NCBI GenBank assembly: GCA_045634455.1
Contig: JAZRAI010000005.1
Location: 1,292 to 65,291 of the forward strand
Reading direction: 5' to 3'
DNA from: Acutalibacteraceae bacterium
GTDB lineage: Bacteria > Bacillota > Clostridia > Oscillospirales > Acutalibacteraceae
Length of the DNA: 64,000 bases
Made by a program: the position numbers and the translations under genes
In this document: one piece after another, positions 27,389 to 37,593 of the stretch
Numbering within the stretch: position 1 is the first letter of the stretch
How the letters are laid out: the number at the start of each line of letters is the position of its first letter
The notes under the pieces: model-generated
Database searches by the model: none
What the model saw: only the letters and a program-made list of their open reading frames with translations
Told to the model about the DNA's origin: nothing

Positions 27389-28366
27389 ATGATTAAGGTT
27401 AAAGGCCTTAGCAAAAGATACGGAACACATCTTGCTGTTAAGGATGTAAGCTTTGAAATCAAAAAAGGTGAAATCATAGGCTTCTTGGGACCAAACGGTG
27501 CAGGTAAGTCTACAATTATGAACATTATTACGGGTTACCTCTCCGCAACGCAGGGCTCGGTAGAAATCGACGGCTTCAATGTTGCAGAGTTTCCTGAGGA
27601 TGCAAAGCGCCGTATAGGTTATCTGCCCGAAATACCTCCCCTTTATATGGATATGAAGGTGCGCGAATACTTAAACTTTATTTATGACCTTAAAAAGGTT
27701 AAATTTCCGAAAGGACCTCATATCAACGAAATTTTAAAGCTTGTACAGATTGATAAGGTTGCAAACCGACTTATTAAGAACCTTTCAAAAGGTTACAGAC
27801 AAAGGGTTGGCTTTGCAGGTGCGCTTGTAGGCAATCCCGACGTACTTATTTTGGACGAGCCGACAGTTGGTCTTGACCCCAAGCAGATTATTGAAATCAG
27901 AAATCTTATTTCAAGACTTGGTAAAAATCATACCATTATCCTGTCTTCTCATATACTTTCCGAAATTCAGGCTGTGTGCAAACGCATAATTATCATCAAC
28001 CAAGGTCAGATAGTTGCCGACGATACCGCCGAAAACCTTTCAAACAAGCTTTCTACTGACCACTCTGTTGTGGCACGTGTAATGGCAAGTGAAAAGGAAA
28101 TGCTTGATATTTTATCAAGTGTTAAGGGTGTAAAGAGTGTTACTTCCTTAGGTAAATTTGAAGAAAACACCTTTGACTTTTTAATAGAACCCCAAAAAGG
28201 CGAGGATGTTCGTGCTGCCATTTTTGAAAGAATTGTATCCCGCGGCAAAAAGCTTTTGTCACTTTCAAGCAATAAGCTCTCCCTTGAGCAGATATTCTTA
28301 AAGATTACCGAAAGCACAAATCCCGACGAAATAAAAGCTATGTTAAACAGTGAGGAGGAAAACTAA
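27389..28366 (+). CDS. ABC-2 type transporter ATP-binding protein (GldA-like)
   Basis: GPNGAGKST, LSKGYRQRV, LILDEPTVGLD. Confidence 0.85.
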   Translation: MIKVKGLSKRYGTHLAVKDVSFEIKKGEIIGFLGPNGAGKSTIMNIITGYLSATQGSVEIDGFNVAEFPEDAKRRIGYLPEIPPLYMDMKVREYLNFIYDLKKVKFPKGPHINEILKLVQIDKVANRLIKNLSKGYRQRVGFAGALVGNPDVLILDEPTVGLDPKQIIEIRNLISRLGKNHTIILSSHILSEIQAVCKRIIIINQGQIVADDTAENLSNKLSTDHSVVARVMASEKEMLDILSSVKGVKSVTSLGKFEENTFDFLIEPQKGEDVRAAIFERIVSRGKKLLSLSSNKLSLEQIFLKITESTNPDEIKAMLNSEEEN

Positions 28367-29070
28367 TGCTTGCCATTTTTAAAAGAGAATTCAAATCTTA
28401 TTTTAATACACCTATCGGCTATATCTATTTGGCTGCGGTTTACTTCTTTTTAGGTCTTTTATTCCACAGCATTTATGCCGTAGGCGATACCAGACTTAAT
28501 TTGGTAATTACGTCCCTTGCTAACATTATAATCTATATTTTACCTATTCTCACAATGCGTCTTATGAGTGAGGACAGAAAGCAACGTGTAGACCAAATTT
28601 TACTTACTGCTCCCGTAAAGCTTACCTCTATCGTTTTAGGTAAATTTTTAGCGGCAATGGCAGTTTTTGCAATTGGTCTTGCTCCCACAGTTATATTTGA
28701 AGCTGTACTTGCTGCAAATGTTGAAAACATTCAGCTTATGTACTACATTTATTCGCTTATTGGAATTATGCTTTTGGGCGGAGCTTTGGTTTCTATTGGT
28801 ATGTTTATCTCATCCCTTACTGAAAGCACCGCAATTTCCGCAATTCTTTCCCTTGTAATTAACATACTTGTGGCCTTTGTTCCCTATTTTGCAAGTATGA
28901 TAAAAATCAAATGGTTATCAACTGCGGTTGATACTCTTTCATTCCTTACAAGGTTTGAAAATTTCAGCGAAAATATTTTTTCAATTGCAGATATAATTTA
29001 TTTCTTAAGCATTATTGCGATATTTGTATTCCTGTCAATTCGCTCGCTTGAGAAAAAGAGATGGGCTTAA
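28366..29070 (+). CDS. ABC-2 type permease (GldF-like)
   Basis: Six-TM pattern, coupled to the ATPase gene. Confidence 0.7.
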   Translation: MLAIFKREFKSYFNTPIGYIYLAAVYFFLGLLFHSIYAVGDTRLNLVITSLANIIIYILPILTMRLMSEDRKQRVDQILLTAPVKLTSIVLGKFLAAMAVFAIGLAPTVIFEAVLAANVENIQLMYYIYSLIGIMLLGGALVSIGMFISSLTESTAISAILSLVINILVAFVPYFASMIKIKWLSTAVDTLSFLTRFENFSENIFSIADIIYFLSIIAIFVFLSIRSLEKKRWA

Positions 29071-29085
29071 AGGAGGTATAATAAA

Positions 29086-30699
29086 ATGCAAGAAAATAAG
29101 AACTTAACTCCCGAAACAGAAATTGAGGAAATTGTAAATACCCCCAAAAAGCCGAAAAGAGAAAAGCTTATTAAAAATCAAGCGTTATTTAAAAAAGGCG
29201 GTTTTTCTTTAGCCATTACCGCAATATTTATTGTAGCCGTAATAGTTTTTAATATTTTGGTGGGCGCTCTTTGTGACCGCTTTGTGTTAGAATTTGATAT
29301 GACACGCGACGCTGTAAACACAATTGATACAAAAAATATTGACTATATCAAAAAGGTTACGGACGATATCACTGTTATTGTTACGGCAGACGAGGCTACC
29401 TATGCAGATTATACCGCCAATTATGCTGCAAACTACTACAATATTACCGATTCTACTGCCAACGAATATTTCAAGCAAACAATAAAGCTTATCAATAAAT
29501 ACAACTCCTATAATAAAAAAATTGATGTTCAGTATATCGATATGTACTCAAGCGAATTCGTTGATATCAATTCTAAGTACGGCGAGCACGGTCTTACCTA
29601 CGGTGATATTATAGTTTCCTGCAAAAACGGTGATAACGAGCGTGTAAAGGTTTTGCGTTTTGACGATATATACGACCTTTACGAGGATACAACTAATTCG
29701 TATTACGGATATAGTTCATATCAGCTTGTAGGTAATAAAATTGAAACCGCCCTTACAAGCGCTATTTCCTATGTGACGAGCGCAGAGACAAAAACTATTG
29801 GTATTATAACCGGTCACTCTCCAACTGATTATACACAGTATTACCGTCAGCTACTCGAAAACAACAATTATGAAATTGTAGATATTGACAGCAAGATAGT
29901 AACCTCTATTCCAGAGGAGGTTGACACTATCGTAATCCCTGCCCCTTCACGCGATTTCACGGCTGAGGAAATCTTCACAATTGAGGAATTCTTAAATAAT
30001 AACGAAAAGCTTGAAAAAGGTATGGTATTCTTTGCAGACCCCAATGCTTCATATTTAACTGCACTTTATGATTTCTTACTACAATGGGGCATTCAGGTTG
30101 ATGAGGGTATCCTTTTTGAAACCGACGCTAACGCCCACATTCCCGATGACCCATTCACCCTCTTTACAGGCACTACATCAGCTCACGATAAAATTGAGGG
30201 TGAGTTTGTCTGCCTTACAGGCTATAATGCTCCTTTAAGCGCAGTAGAAGCATCAGATAAAGTAATTAAAGCAACCAGTGTTATTGATTCCTACGGCAAA
30301 CCCGTTGCAGCTCCTAAGGGCGTTGATGCCTCTTGGAAAGGCTATAAGGATTATACTCCAAAAACCTATTCGGGTCTTGTTTGCGCCGAAAAGACAGCTT
30401 ATGATAACGATACCAAAAAGAACATTTCAAGCTATGTTATGGCATTCAGCTCTATTGAATTCATATACTCAAACTATATAAGCTACTACAACAACTTGAA
30501 CGTTACCTATTCTGCTACCGAAACTGCAATTGACGCTGAGGATGCAGGAATATTCTTTGATTCCAAGATTATTACAGAGGAAACCTTTGAGGTAACCGAG
30601 GCAGATGCCAACACAGTTAAAACATTGTTTATGTACATTTTACCTCTTGCTTGCCTCGTTGTATCCGTTGTAGTATTTATCAGAAGAAGGAACGCTTAA
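29086..30699 (+). CDS. GldG-like ABC-transporter auxiliary protein
   Basis: N- and C-terminal TM anchors with a large extracytoplasmic domain, in the position after the ABC-2 pair. Confidence 0.55.
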   Translation: MQENKNLTPETEIEEIVNTPKKPKREKLIKNQALFKKGGFSLAITAIFIVAVIVFNILVGALCDRFVLEFDMTRDAVNTIDTKNIDYIKKVTDDITVIVTADEATYADYTANYAANYYNITDSTANEYFKQTIKLINKYNSYNKKIDVQYIDMYSSEFVDINSKYGEHGLTYGDIIVSCKNGDNERVKVLRFDDIYDLYEDTTNSYYGYSSYQLVGNKIETALTSAISYVTSAETKTIGIITGHSPTDYTQYYRQLLENNNYEIVDIDSKIVTSIPEEVDTIVIPAPSRDFTAEEIFTIEEFLNNNEKLEKGMVFFADPNASYLTALYDFLLQWGIQVDEGILFETDANAHIPDDPFTLFTGTTSAHDKIEGEFVCLTGYNAPLSAVEASDKVIKATSVIDSYGKPVAAPKGVDASWKGYKDYTPKTYSGLVCAEKTAYDNDTKKNISSYVMAFSSIEFIYSNYISYYNNLNVTYSATETAIDAEDAGIFFDSKIITEETFEVTEADANTVKTLFMYILPLACLVVSVVVFIRRRNA

Positions 30700-30704
30700 A
30701 CGCT

Positions 30705-32288
30705 ATGGAAAATTTACCCGAAAATCAAAATTTTGCAGAGCCGTCAGAAAATGAAGAAAATATGCAGGAATCTACCATATTTTCCGACCCTGCCGAGCAC
30801 AGTAATAAAAACAAAGGCAAAAAAAGAAAGCCTTGGCTTACAATTACAGCCGCAGTTTTGTCTGCCGCAATACTTATAGGCTCTACTGTGGCTATTGTAA
30901 AGCTTATTCCAAAAAAGAAAGACAGTACCGGTCAAGGCAGTCTTACAGATAACACCATTTCCGTTATTGAAAAAGATGCTGCTACTCTTAAAACTGTTAA
31001 AGTGGAAAATAAGAACGGAACCATGCTTTTTTATTCCGTAAAAAATGCGTCAGGTGATGCTGAAACGGTTAATTGGTATCTTGACGGATACGAAAAGGAG
31101 CTTATAAGCACTACTGCTACCGAAAGTATAGTAAGCTCTGCCGCACTTATCTCGGCTTCTCAGGAAATCACTAAAATGACTGTTTCCGACTGCGGTCTTG
31201 ATAACCCTGATGTTACGGTAACTGTTGTGGAAAACGGCGGTAAAACCTATAAAATACTTATAGGCGATACCTCCTTTGACGGTGCTAACTGCTACCTGAA
31301 ACTTGAAAATAAGGATAATATATATCTCTGCGATATAAGCCTTAAAGAAAGTTTTGAACTTAAACCGCTTGATTTTGCTACAACTGCTTCACTTAGCGGT
31401 ATGCCTATCACAGATGAAATTGCAGAATACGTAAGCGATGAGGGAGCTATATTTACCTTTGATACCATTACTGTATCAGGCAAAAATATTACAGATAAAA
31501 TCATTCTATCGCCTACCACCACAACCGATAATGAAATTATGGTGTCCCTTTATCCTTACAGTGTAACGGCTCCCACACAGCGCTATGCCGAAACCACCGC
31601 AGTTGACAGTATTTTTTCACTTTTCAAAACCGGTCTTAGCGGAATTACAGGGGCTTATTCATTTGATGTAAAAAGCGAAACATTAAAAGAGTTTGGTCTT
31701 GATAACCCCGATTTCAAGGTGACAGTTGCGATGGGTAAAAAAACTCTTACTTACAGTTTTTCTGTAATCACCGAAGAGGACAGCACAAAATACTGTGCGG
31801 TAATTAACGATTACTCAAAGCTTATAAGCAAGATAGCCCTTTCAAATGTACCTTTTGTAGAATACCGACTCAGTGATTTATACACCCCTTATGTTTCTAT
31901 GATAAATATCAAGGCGATTTCTTCATTTACTGTGGATACACCTGATGCAAGTTATAAATTCGAGATTACACCAAATGATAAGGATTCCTTTGATGTAACC
32001 CTTAACGGTAAGAAAATAGATTACGATAAATACTTCAACCCGCTTTATACAAAGGTTGTAACTGTCCTATGCAGTGACTTTACAGTAACACCTGTAACAG
32101 GAAAGCCCGAGTTTACATTCACTTTTGCATTTAACGAGGAAAACGGTAGCGGCAAAACGGTTATAGAGTTTTATAAAATTTCTGAAACACGTCATCAATA
32201 TTTGACCGACGGCTTAAATTTAGGAAAAGTTAATTCCACCTCAATAAGAAAGATTATAGAGCTGCTTTCCAAAATACCCCAAAATTAA
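30705..32288 (+). CDS. DUF4340-like membrane-anchored protein
   Basis: Single N-terminal TM helix and the usual fourth position of this cluster. Start at the ATG at 30705 (MENLPEN). Confidence 0.5.
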   Translation: MENLPENQNFAEPSENEENMQESTIFSDPAEHSNKNKGKKRKPWLTITAAVLSAAILIGSTVAIVKLIPKKKDSTGQGSLTDNTISVIEKDAATLKTVKVENKNGTMLFYSVKNASGDAETVNWYLDGYEKELISTTATESIVSSAALISASQEITKMTVSDCGLDNPDVTVTVVENGGKTYKILIGDTSFDGANCYLKLENKDNIYLCDISLKESFELKPLDFATTASLSGMPITDEIAEYVSDEGAIFTFDTITVSGKNITDKIILSPTTTTDNEIMVSLYPYSVTAPTQRYAETTAVDSIFSLFKTGLSGITGAYSFDVKSETLKEFGLDNPDFKVTVAMGKKTLTYSFSVITEEDSTKYCAVINDYSKLISKIALSNVPFVEYRLSDLYTPYVSMINIKAISSFTVDTPDASYKFEITPNDKDSFDVTLNGKKIDYDKYFNPLYTKVVTVLCSDFTVTPVTGKPEFTFTFAFNEENGSGKTVIEFYKISETRHQYLTDGLNLGKVNSTSIRKIIELLSKIPQN

Positions 32289-32297
32289 AATACCTCT

Positions 32298-32326
32298 TGA
32301 CAAATGTTCTGTTTGTCTGTATAATA
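32298..32326 (+). promoter_or_regulatory. consensus promoter TTGACA-N17-TATAAT
   Basis: -35 at 32298-32303 and -10 at 32321-32326. Followed by a small hairpin aaggactg..cagtcctt in the leader. Confidence 0.65.
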
Positions 32327-32408
32327 TTAAAGCAGTAAGGACTGTATTTCTATTTTGAAGTGCAGTCCTTTGTTTTGCGTAAATTTTTTAAAAAAGGATA
32401 GAATATTT

Positions 32409-33788
32409 ATGTCAGATTTTAAAAAATACGATATAGCAATTATCGGCGGCGGTATTGGCGGTCTTATGGCGGCTTACCGATTAAAGCAAAATGCTCCCGA
32501 TACAAAAATTGTTATTACTGAGCGCGGTAATACCCTTGAAAAAAGACATTGTCCCGCAGGAAAAAATAGTGTTTGTGTACACTGTAAGCATTGCAGTATC
32601 ACAAGCGGTTATGCAGGCGCAGGTGCTTTTTCCGACGGTAAGTTTAACCTTGGCACTGCTTATGGCGGCACCTTGGGTGAGGAGCTTGGTGAGGAACTTG
32701 CCAACAAGTATATCGATGAGGTTGATAAAATCCTTGTTAAATACTGTACCTCAGGCGAGGTTAAAATTTATAAATCAAATGACGAATTAAAGCTTAAATG
32801 TATTCAGAACAATTTAAGGCTTCTTGATATGAATGTTAAGCATTTGGGTACTGATAAAAACTTTGTCACCATGCAAAACCTGATTGCCGCACTTGAAGCA
32901 CTTGGCGTTGATATGCTTACATTTTACGATTGCGAAAAGGTTAATAAAACCGACAACGGTTATCTTCTTTCATATACAAATGGTGAAAAAATTGAAGCTC
33001 AAAAGATTATTATTGCCACAGGCAGAGGCGGTGCAAACTTTGTATCAGATTTCTGTAAGAGCTTCGGTGTTAAAATGCACTCAAACCATATTGATATCGG
33101 CGTAAGAGTTGAAATGAAGGATATTGTTTGGCGCGAATTTTCTGACAAGATTTATGAACCGAAAATCCTTTATAAAACCAAAACTTTTGAGGATAGATGC
33201 CGTATGTTCTGCTTTAATAAGGGTGGTCTTGTGTCGGCTGAAAACAATCACGGCATCATTACTGCAAACGGCCACTCCTATGCAGAGGACGAAAAGCGTA
33301 CAGAAAACTGCAACTTTGCAATTCTTTCCTCTATCCGCTTTACAGAGCCGTTTAATCAACCCACCGAGTATGCCGAAAACATTTCCCGACTTGCTAATAT
33401 GATTGGTAACGGAAACGTTTTGGTTCAGCGTTTCGGCGATTTGATAAGGGGCAGACGAACAAACGAACATCGTCTTTCTCAAAACACCGTAGAGCCTACA
33501 TTAAGAGCTACTGCCGGCGATTTATCACTTGTTTTACCGCATAGAATTTTAACCAATATTATAGAAACCATTTATGCGCTCGATAAGGTAGCTCCCGGAT
33601 GTGCTAATGATGATACATTGCTTTACGGTTGCGAAAGTAAATACTATTCCATAAGACCTGAATTTTTAAACAATAAATTCGAGCTTACCGACGGTGTATT
33701 TATCATAGGCGACGGTTCAGGCATCTGCCGTGGTCTTTCACAGTCCGGTGCAATGGGCATTTACGTTGCAGACTGCATTACAAAATAA
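32409..33788 (+). CDS. FAD-dependent oxidoreductase (COG2509-like)
   Basis: YDIAIIGGGIGGLMAA dinucleotide-binding motif. Start at the ATG at 32409. Confidence 0.7.
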   Translation: MSDFKKYDIAIIGGGIGGLMAAYRLKQNAPDTKIVITERGNTLEKRHCPAGKNSVCVHCKHCSITSGYAGAGAFSDGKFNLGTAYGGTLGEELGEELANKYIDEVDKILVKYCTSGEVKIYKSNDELKLKCIQNNLRLLDMNVKHLGTDKNFVTMQNLIAALEALGVDMLTFYDCEKVNKTDNGYLLSYTNGEKIEAQKIIIATGRGGANFVSDFCKSFGVKMHSNHIDIGVRVEMKDIVWREFSDKIYEPKILYKTKTFEDRCRMFCFNKGGLVSAENNHGIITANGHSYAEDEKRTENCNFAILSSIRFTEPFNQPTEYAENISRLANMIGNGNVLVQRFGDLIRGRRTNEHRLSQNTVEPTLRATAGDLSLVLPHRILTNIIETIYALDKVAPGCANDDTLLYGCESKYYSIRPEFLNNKFELTDGVFIIGDGSGICRGLSQSGAMGIYVADCITK

Positions 33789-33813
33789 AAAGTTTATTTT
33801 ATAATTAAAAAAT

Positions 33814-33849
33814 AAAACTGTGTAGAAAAAACTACACAGTTTTTTATTT
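33814..33849. terminator. bidirectional terminator
   Basis: aaaactgtgtag / ctacacagtttt stem with T-runs. Confidence 0.75.
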
Positions 33850-34575
33850 TTATTCATTTTCCTCGGAAATTTCTTCCTCTGGATACATAGCTTTTTGCTT
33901 TTTAAAATCGATAACTACCGTTACAATAATCGCAACTGCTACTATTGATATTAAAATAATTGAAAGCAAAATGCCTGTAGTATTCGTTTTTGGTTTTTCT
34001 GTTTCAGTATACTTAAAAAACTCATCAGATGAAAAAGAAGCAAATATCCTTTCGGCATATTCTGTACTTTCGGCTTTGGCAGTTAAAAAATTTAAAATAT
34101 GAAATTTATTATTAACAACCGTTATATACTGCGCAATAACATATTCCCCGCCGTTGTCATTAGAAAGAAAATCGCATTTAATGAATTTCTGCCCATTTTT
34201 TTCTATAATTTTGCCCTTTGCATCTTTAACATCAACTATATCGGGAATAAGTGCTTCTATCTTATCATCGGCAAGACTGCTTATATTACCTATTTCTTTA
34301 GAAAAACTGTCAGCATAACAGATATATTTTATCTGCTTTGTGTTATCCTCGTTTGCACCAAGCTCAATTAAATTGTTTTCAGAAACGTAATTGTCAAGAT
34401 TTTTTTCGTCAAGCCCCAAAATTTCAGATAACTGAGCCTTATCATCGGTGTAGGTATAAAATTCGTCAGGCAAATTTAAGATGGGACGGTTCTCTGTTTT
34501 AGCAAAGCATACTACCGTAAAAGTATTTAAAAGGATAAGTATCGCTGCAATTATACGTTTAATCAAAGAAATCAT
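33850..34575 (-). CDS. hypothetical exported protein with C-terminal TM anchor
   Basis: Signal-like N-terminus and C-terminal ILLSIILISIVAVAIIVTVVI. Confidence 0.55.
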   Translation of the reverse strand: MISLIKRIIAAILILLNTFTVVCFAKTENRPILNLPDEFYTYTDDKAQLSEILGLDEKNLDNYVSENNLIELGANEDNTKQIKYICYADSFSKEIGNISSLADDKIEALIPDIVDVKDAKGKIIEKNGQKFIKCDFLSNDNGGEYVIAQYITVVNNKFHILNFLTAKAESTEYAERIFASFSSDEFFKYTETEKPKTNTTGILLSIILISIVAVAIIVTVVIDFKKQKAMYPEEEISEENE

Positions 34576-34577
34576 CC

Positions 34578-35426
34578 TTAAATATTATTTTGTTTTTTTG
34601 CCGCGGTTAATGTGTTTTGCATAAGCATTGCAATGGTCATCGGGCCCACTCCTCCGGGTACGGGTGTGATATAAGATGTCTTTTTGCTTACCGCCTCATA
34701 ATCAACATCTCCGCAAAGTTTACCGTTCTCGCGGTTCATACCAACGTCAATAACAACTGCTCCGTCTTTTACCATATCCTCGGTAACAAATTTTGCTTTT
34801 CCTACTGCCGCTACCAATATATCGGCAGTTTTACAAACCTCTTTTAAATTCTTTGTTCTTGAATGGCAAATCGTAACAGTTCCATTTTTATGTAGCAGCA
34901 GCATACCCATAGGCTTTCCAACAATGTTTGAGCGACCAATTACAACACAGGTTTTGCCCTCTACATCAATATTCTCGTAAGCTAACATTTCCATAACACC
35001 TGCTGGTGTGCAGGGTACGAAATCATAATCGCCAATCATTATTTTTCCTACGTTTGATGGATGAAAAGCATCTACATCCTTTTCAGGCAAAATAGAATTT
35101 ATAATGATTTTCTCATCAAGATGGCGAGGTAACGGCAACTGACAAAGAATACCGTTAATGCTCTTTTTAGCGTTGAGCTCTTTAATAAGCGCCAAGAGTT
35201 CCTCCTCTGTGGTGCTTTCAGGAAGTGCATACTCCTCAGAAACAATACCAAGTGCCTCGCAAGCCTTTTTCTTGTTTGCAACATATACCTTGGATGCAGG
35301 GTCTTCGCCCACAATTATTACCGCAAGACCAACGCTAATACCCTTTTTATTAAGTTCCTTTACGCCCTCTGCCACTCTTTCCTTAACTGCGGCAGAAATC
35401 ACTTTTCCGTCAATTATCTTAGTCAT
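34578..35426 (-). CDS. folD: bifunctional methylenetetrahydrofolate dehydrogenase/cyclohydrolase
   Basis: IIDGKVIS, VGEDPASKVYV, PGGVGPMTIAML. Start at MTK (35426), after AAAGGAGAA. Confidence 0.9.
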   Translation of the reverse strand: MTKIIDGKVISAAVKERVAEGVKELNKKGISVGLAVIIVGEDPASKVYVANKKKACEALGIVSEEYALPESTTEEELLALIKELNAKKSINGILCQLPLPRHLDEKIIINSILPEKDVDAFHPSNVGKIMIGDYDFVPCTPAGVMEMLAYENIDVEGKTCVVIGRSNIVGKPMGMLLLHKNGTVTICHSRTKNLKEVCKTADILVAAVGKAKFVTEDMVKDGAVVIDVGMNRENGKLCGDVDYEAVSKKTSYITPVPGGVGPMTIAMLMQNTLTAAKKQNNI

Positions 35427-36321
35427 TTTCATTCTCCTTTGAAATGTTGTCTGCGTTGTCCTCAAAAACAGATGTGTAATCCTTATCGGTTACCGTTTGT
35501 TTTTGCTTTTTGTGAAAGTATACCAATAAGGCAACAGCTGTTATAGTAAGCAAGAATGAAAGTAAAGCCGATACCTTGAAAGGTCCTAACATTAAACTGT
35601 CGGTTCTGAAAAGCTCAATAAAGCCTCTGCCAAGGCCGTACCAAGCGGCATACATTAAAGCTACCTGACCGCTATACTTACGGTTTCGGCTCAGCTTATG
35701 TATAATAAAGAAACCTACTATACACCAAACCGATTCATACAAAAAGCAAGGATGAGCCAAAGCGTTTACGTCGTATCCTTTAAGATAAAAATCAGTGACA
35801 ACGTTTTCGCTTGTCATTCCCCACCAATCACTGCCTGTAGGACCGCCAAATGCTTCCTGATTTATAAAATTACCCCATCTGCCAATACCTTGTCCTATAA
35901 GAAAGCCCAAAGCTCCCAAATCGAACATATCAAGTATATTTACTTTTCTTATATAGCACATTAAGGCACCGCAAGCAAACGCGCCTATTACAGCTCCGTA
36001 AATTGCAAGTCCCGAAAAACCGCGACCGTCACCAAGGCCAAAAAATTCACCTATACTGCTTAACTTTTCACCATCGAAAATAAGGTAATAAGCTCTTGCA
36101 CATAAAACCGAAACAGGAACGGTAACAATAACCACATCGAGCATACGGTCAAGGTCAAGATTAAAGCGCTTATAGTTTCTTAGACCATAAACAAGTGCCA
36201 TTAAAAAGCCTAAGGCTATAATTATGCCGTACCAATAAATTTCCCACGAAAAAGAACCTATTTTAAGGGTAAAGGCAATAGGATTTATAGTAAGCTTTAT
36301 GCCAAAAATTATAACATCCAT
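35419..36321 (-). CDS. lgt: prolipoprotein diacylglyceryl transferase
   Basis: GRWGNFINQEAFG motif in a polytopic membrane protein. Confidence 0.9.
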   Translation of the reverse strand: MDVIIFGIKLTINPIAFTLKIGSFSWEIYWYGIIIALGFLMALVYGLRNYKRFNLDLDRMLDVVIVTVPVSVLCARAYYLIFDGEKLSSIGEFFGLGDGRGFSGLAIYGAVIGAFACGALMCYIRKVNILDMFDLGALGFLIGQGIGRWGNFINQEAFGGPTGSDWWGMTSENVVTDFYLKGYDVNALAHPCFLYESVWCIVGFFIIHKLSRNRKYSGQVALMYAAWYGLGRGFIELFRTDSLMLGPFKVSALLSFLLTITAVALLVYFHKKQKQTVTDKDYTSVFEDNADNISKENEND

Positions 36322-37593
36322 TTAGTTTTCCTCCACCGGCATTATTACAGATAATACCGATTTTTCATCCTCAAGCTTTAAAAGACGCTTATATACATCC
36401 TCGCTTGTAACAGATTTAAGATACTTGATATCATCAAATACGCCCGTATCACACATAGCAGCATCCACCATTTGCATTGCAATGCCTTCAACACTGTCAA
36501 AAAGTCTTATTGCATTGCCATACATACCTGCTCTTACAGCAGTAAACAGTTTTTTATCTATTCCCTCCGCTTTAAGACGGGCAATTTCTTTCTTTATCTC
36601 CTCTGCTACTGCCTTGGGGTCACTTGATTCACCCTCAAATATAGTAGCGGCATAACCGTAACCTGTAAAATACTCGGTTGAGAATTCATCATTAATAAGC
36701 CCCATATTAGTAAGCTTTTTATAAAGCGGTGAAGCCTCGCCCACCAAAATTTCAAGCAAAATAGCCGAGCTTATTTTGTGCTTAACACTACGTTCAGGCT
36801 TCGACATGGATTCTTTAAAGCCAAAGCAGAACATTGGTTGTGCTACCGCTAATTTCTGCTCAACGTAATTATTTGCCACTTCTTGTGGCTCATCTGCGGT
36901 TATTCTGTCAATTTCTATCGGTTCAGATGCCTTTATAGAGGTTTTAATCTGTTGTAAAACCTTTTCTGCATTAACATTTCCCGCAATGCAAATAAACATA
37001 TTTGAAGGATTATAAAACGTGTTATAGCATTTGTACAGAAGTTCTGCATCAATTTTTGCAATTGATTCAACTGTACCCGCAATATCAATCCTTACAGGAT
37101 GCTTGCTATACATAGAAAGCAACATATTGAACATAACGCGCCAAGCAGGACTATCGTCATACATTCTGATTTCCTGACCTATAATTCCCTGCTCCTTCTT
37201 AACAGTAGCCTCGGTAAAATAAGGCGACTGCACGAAATCAAGTAAAATAGCTAAATTTTCATAAAACTTATCCGAGCAGGAAAATAAATAACAGGTTTTA
37301 TCAAAAGAAGTGAAGGCATTTGCATAAGCACCGGTTTTTGCATACTTTGTAAATGCATCACCATCCTCACTTTCAAAAAGCTTGTGCTCCAAAAAATGAG
37401 CAATTCCCTCTGGAACGCTTACAGTTTCGCCGTTTACAGAAAACATAGTATCAATAGAACCGTATTTGGTTCCGAAAATTGCATAAGATGAATTATATTG
37501 CGGTTTTTCTAAAATGTAAATTCTAAGTCCTGAGGATAATGTAGCTTTAATATAGCTCTCACCTATTTCGCTTTCAAAGACTTCTCTTTTCAT
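36322..37593 (-). CDS. M16 family zinc peptidase (active subunit)
   Basis: HFLEHKLF (HxxEH). Confidence 0.8.
   Translation of the reverse strand: MKREVFESEIGESYIKATLSSGLRIYILEKPQYNSSYAIFGTKYGSIDTMFSVNGETVSVPEGIAHFLEHKLFESEDGDAFTKYAKTGAYANAFTSFDKTCYLFSCSDKFYENLAILLDFVQSPYFTEATVKKEQGIIGQEIRMYDDSPAWRVMFNMLLSMYSKHPVRIDIAGTVESIAKIDAELLYKCYNTFYNPSNMFICIAGNVNAEKVLQQIKTSIKASEPIEIDRITADEPQEVANNYVEQKLAVAQPMFCFGFKESMSKPERSVKHKISSAILLEILVGEASPLYKKLTNMGLINDEFSTEYFTGYGYAATIFEGESSDPKAVAEEIKKEIARLKAEGIDKKLFTAVRAGMYGNAIRLFDSVEGIAMQMVDAAMCDTGVFDDIKYLKSVTSEDVYKRLLKLEDEKSVLSVIMPVEEN

Noticed and set aside
30651-30704. Upstream extensions of ORFs: 30651 here, and likewise 20787, 32355, 40533, 43575, 13685, 16221, 16651, 7366, 35465
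   Set aside because: The extensions overlap the preceding gene or lack an RBS. Internal ATG or TTG starts with a properly spaced Shine-Dalgarno sequence were preferred.
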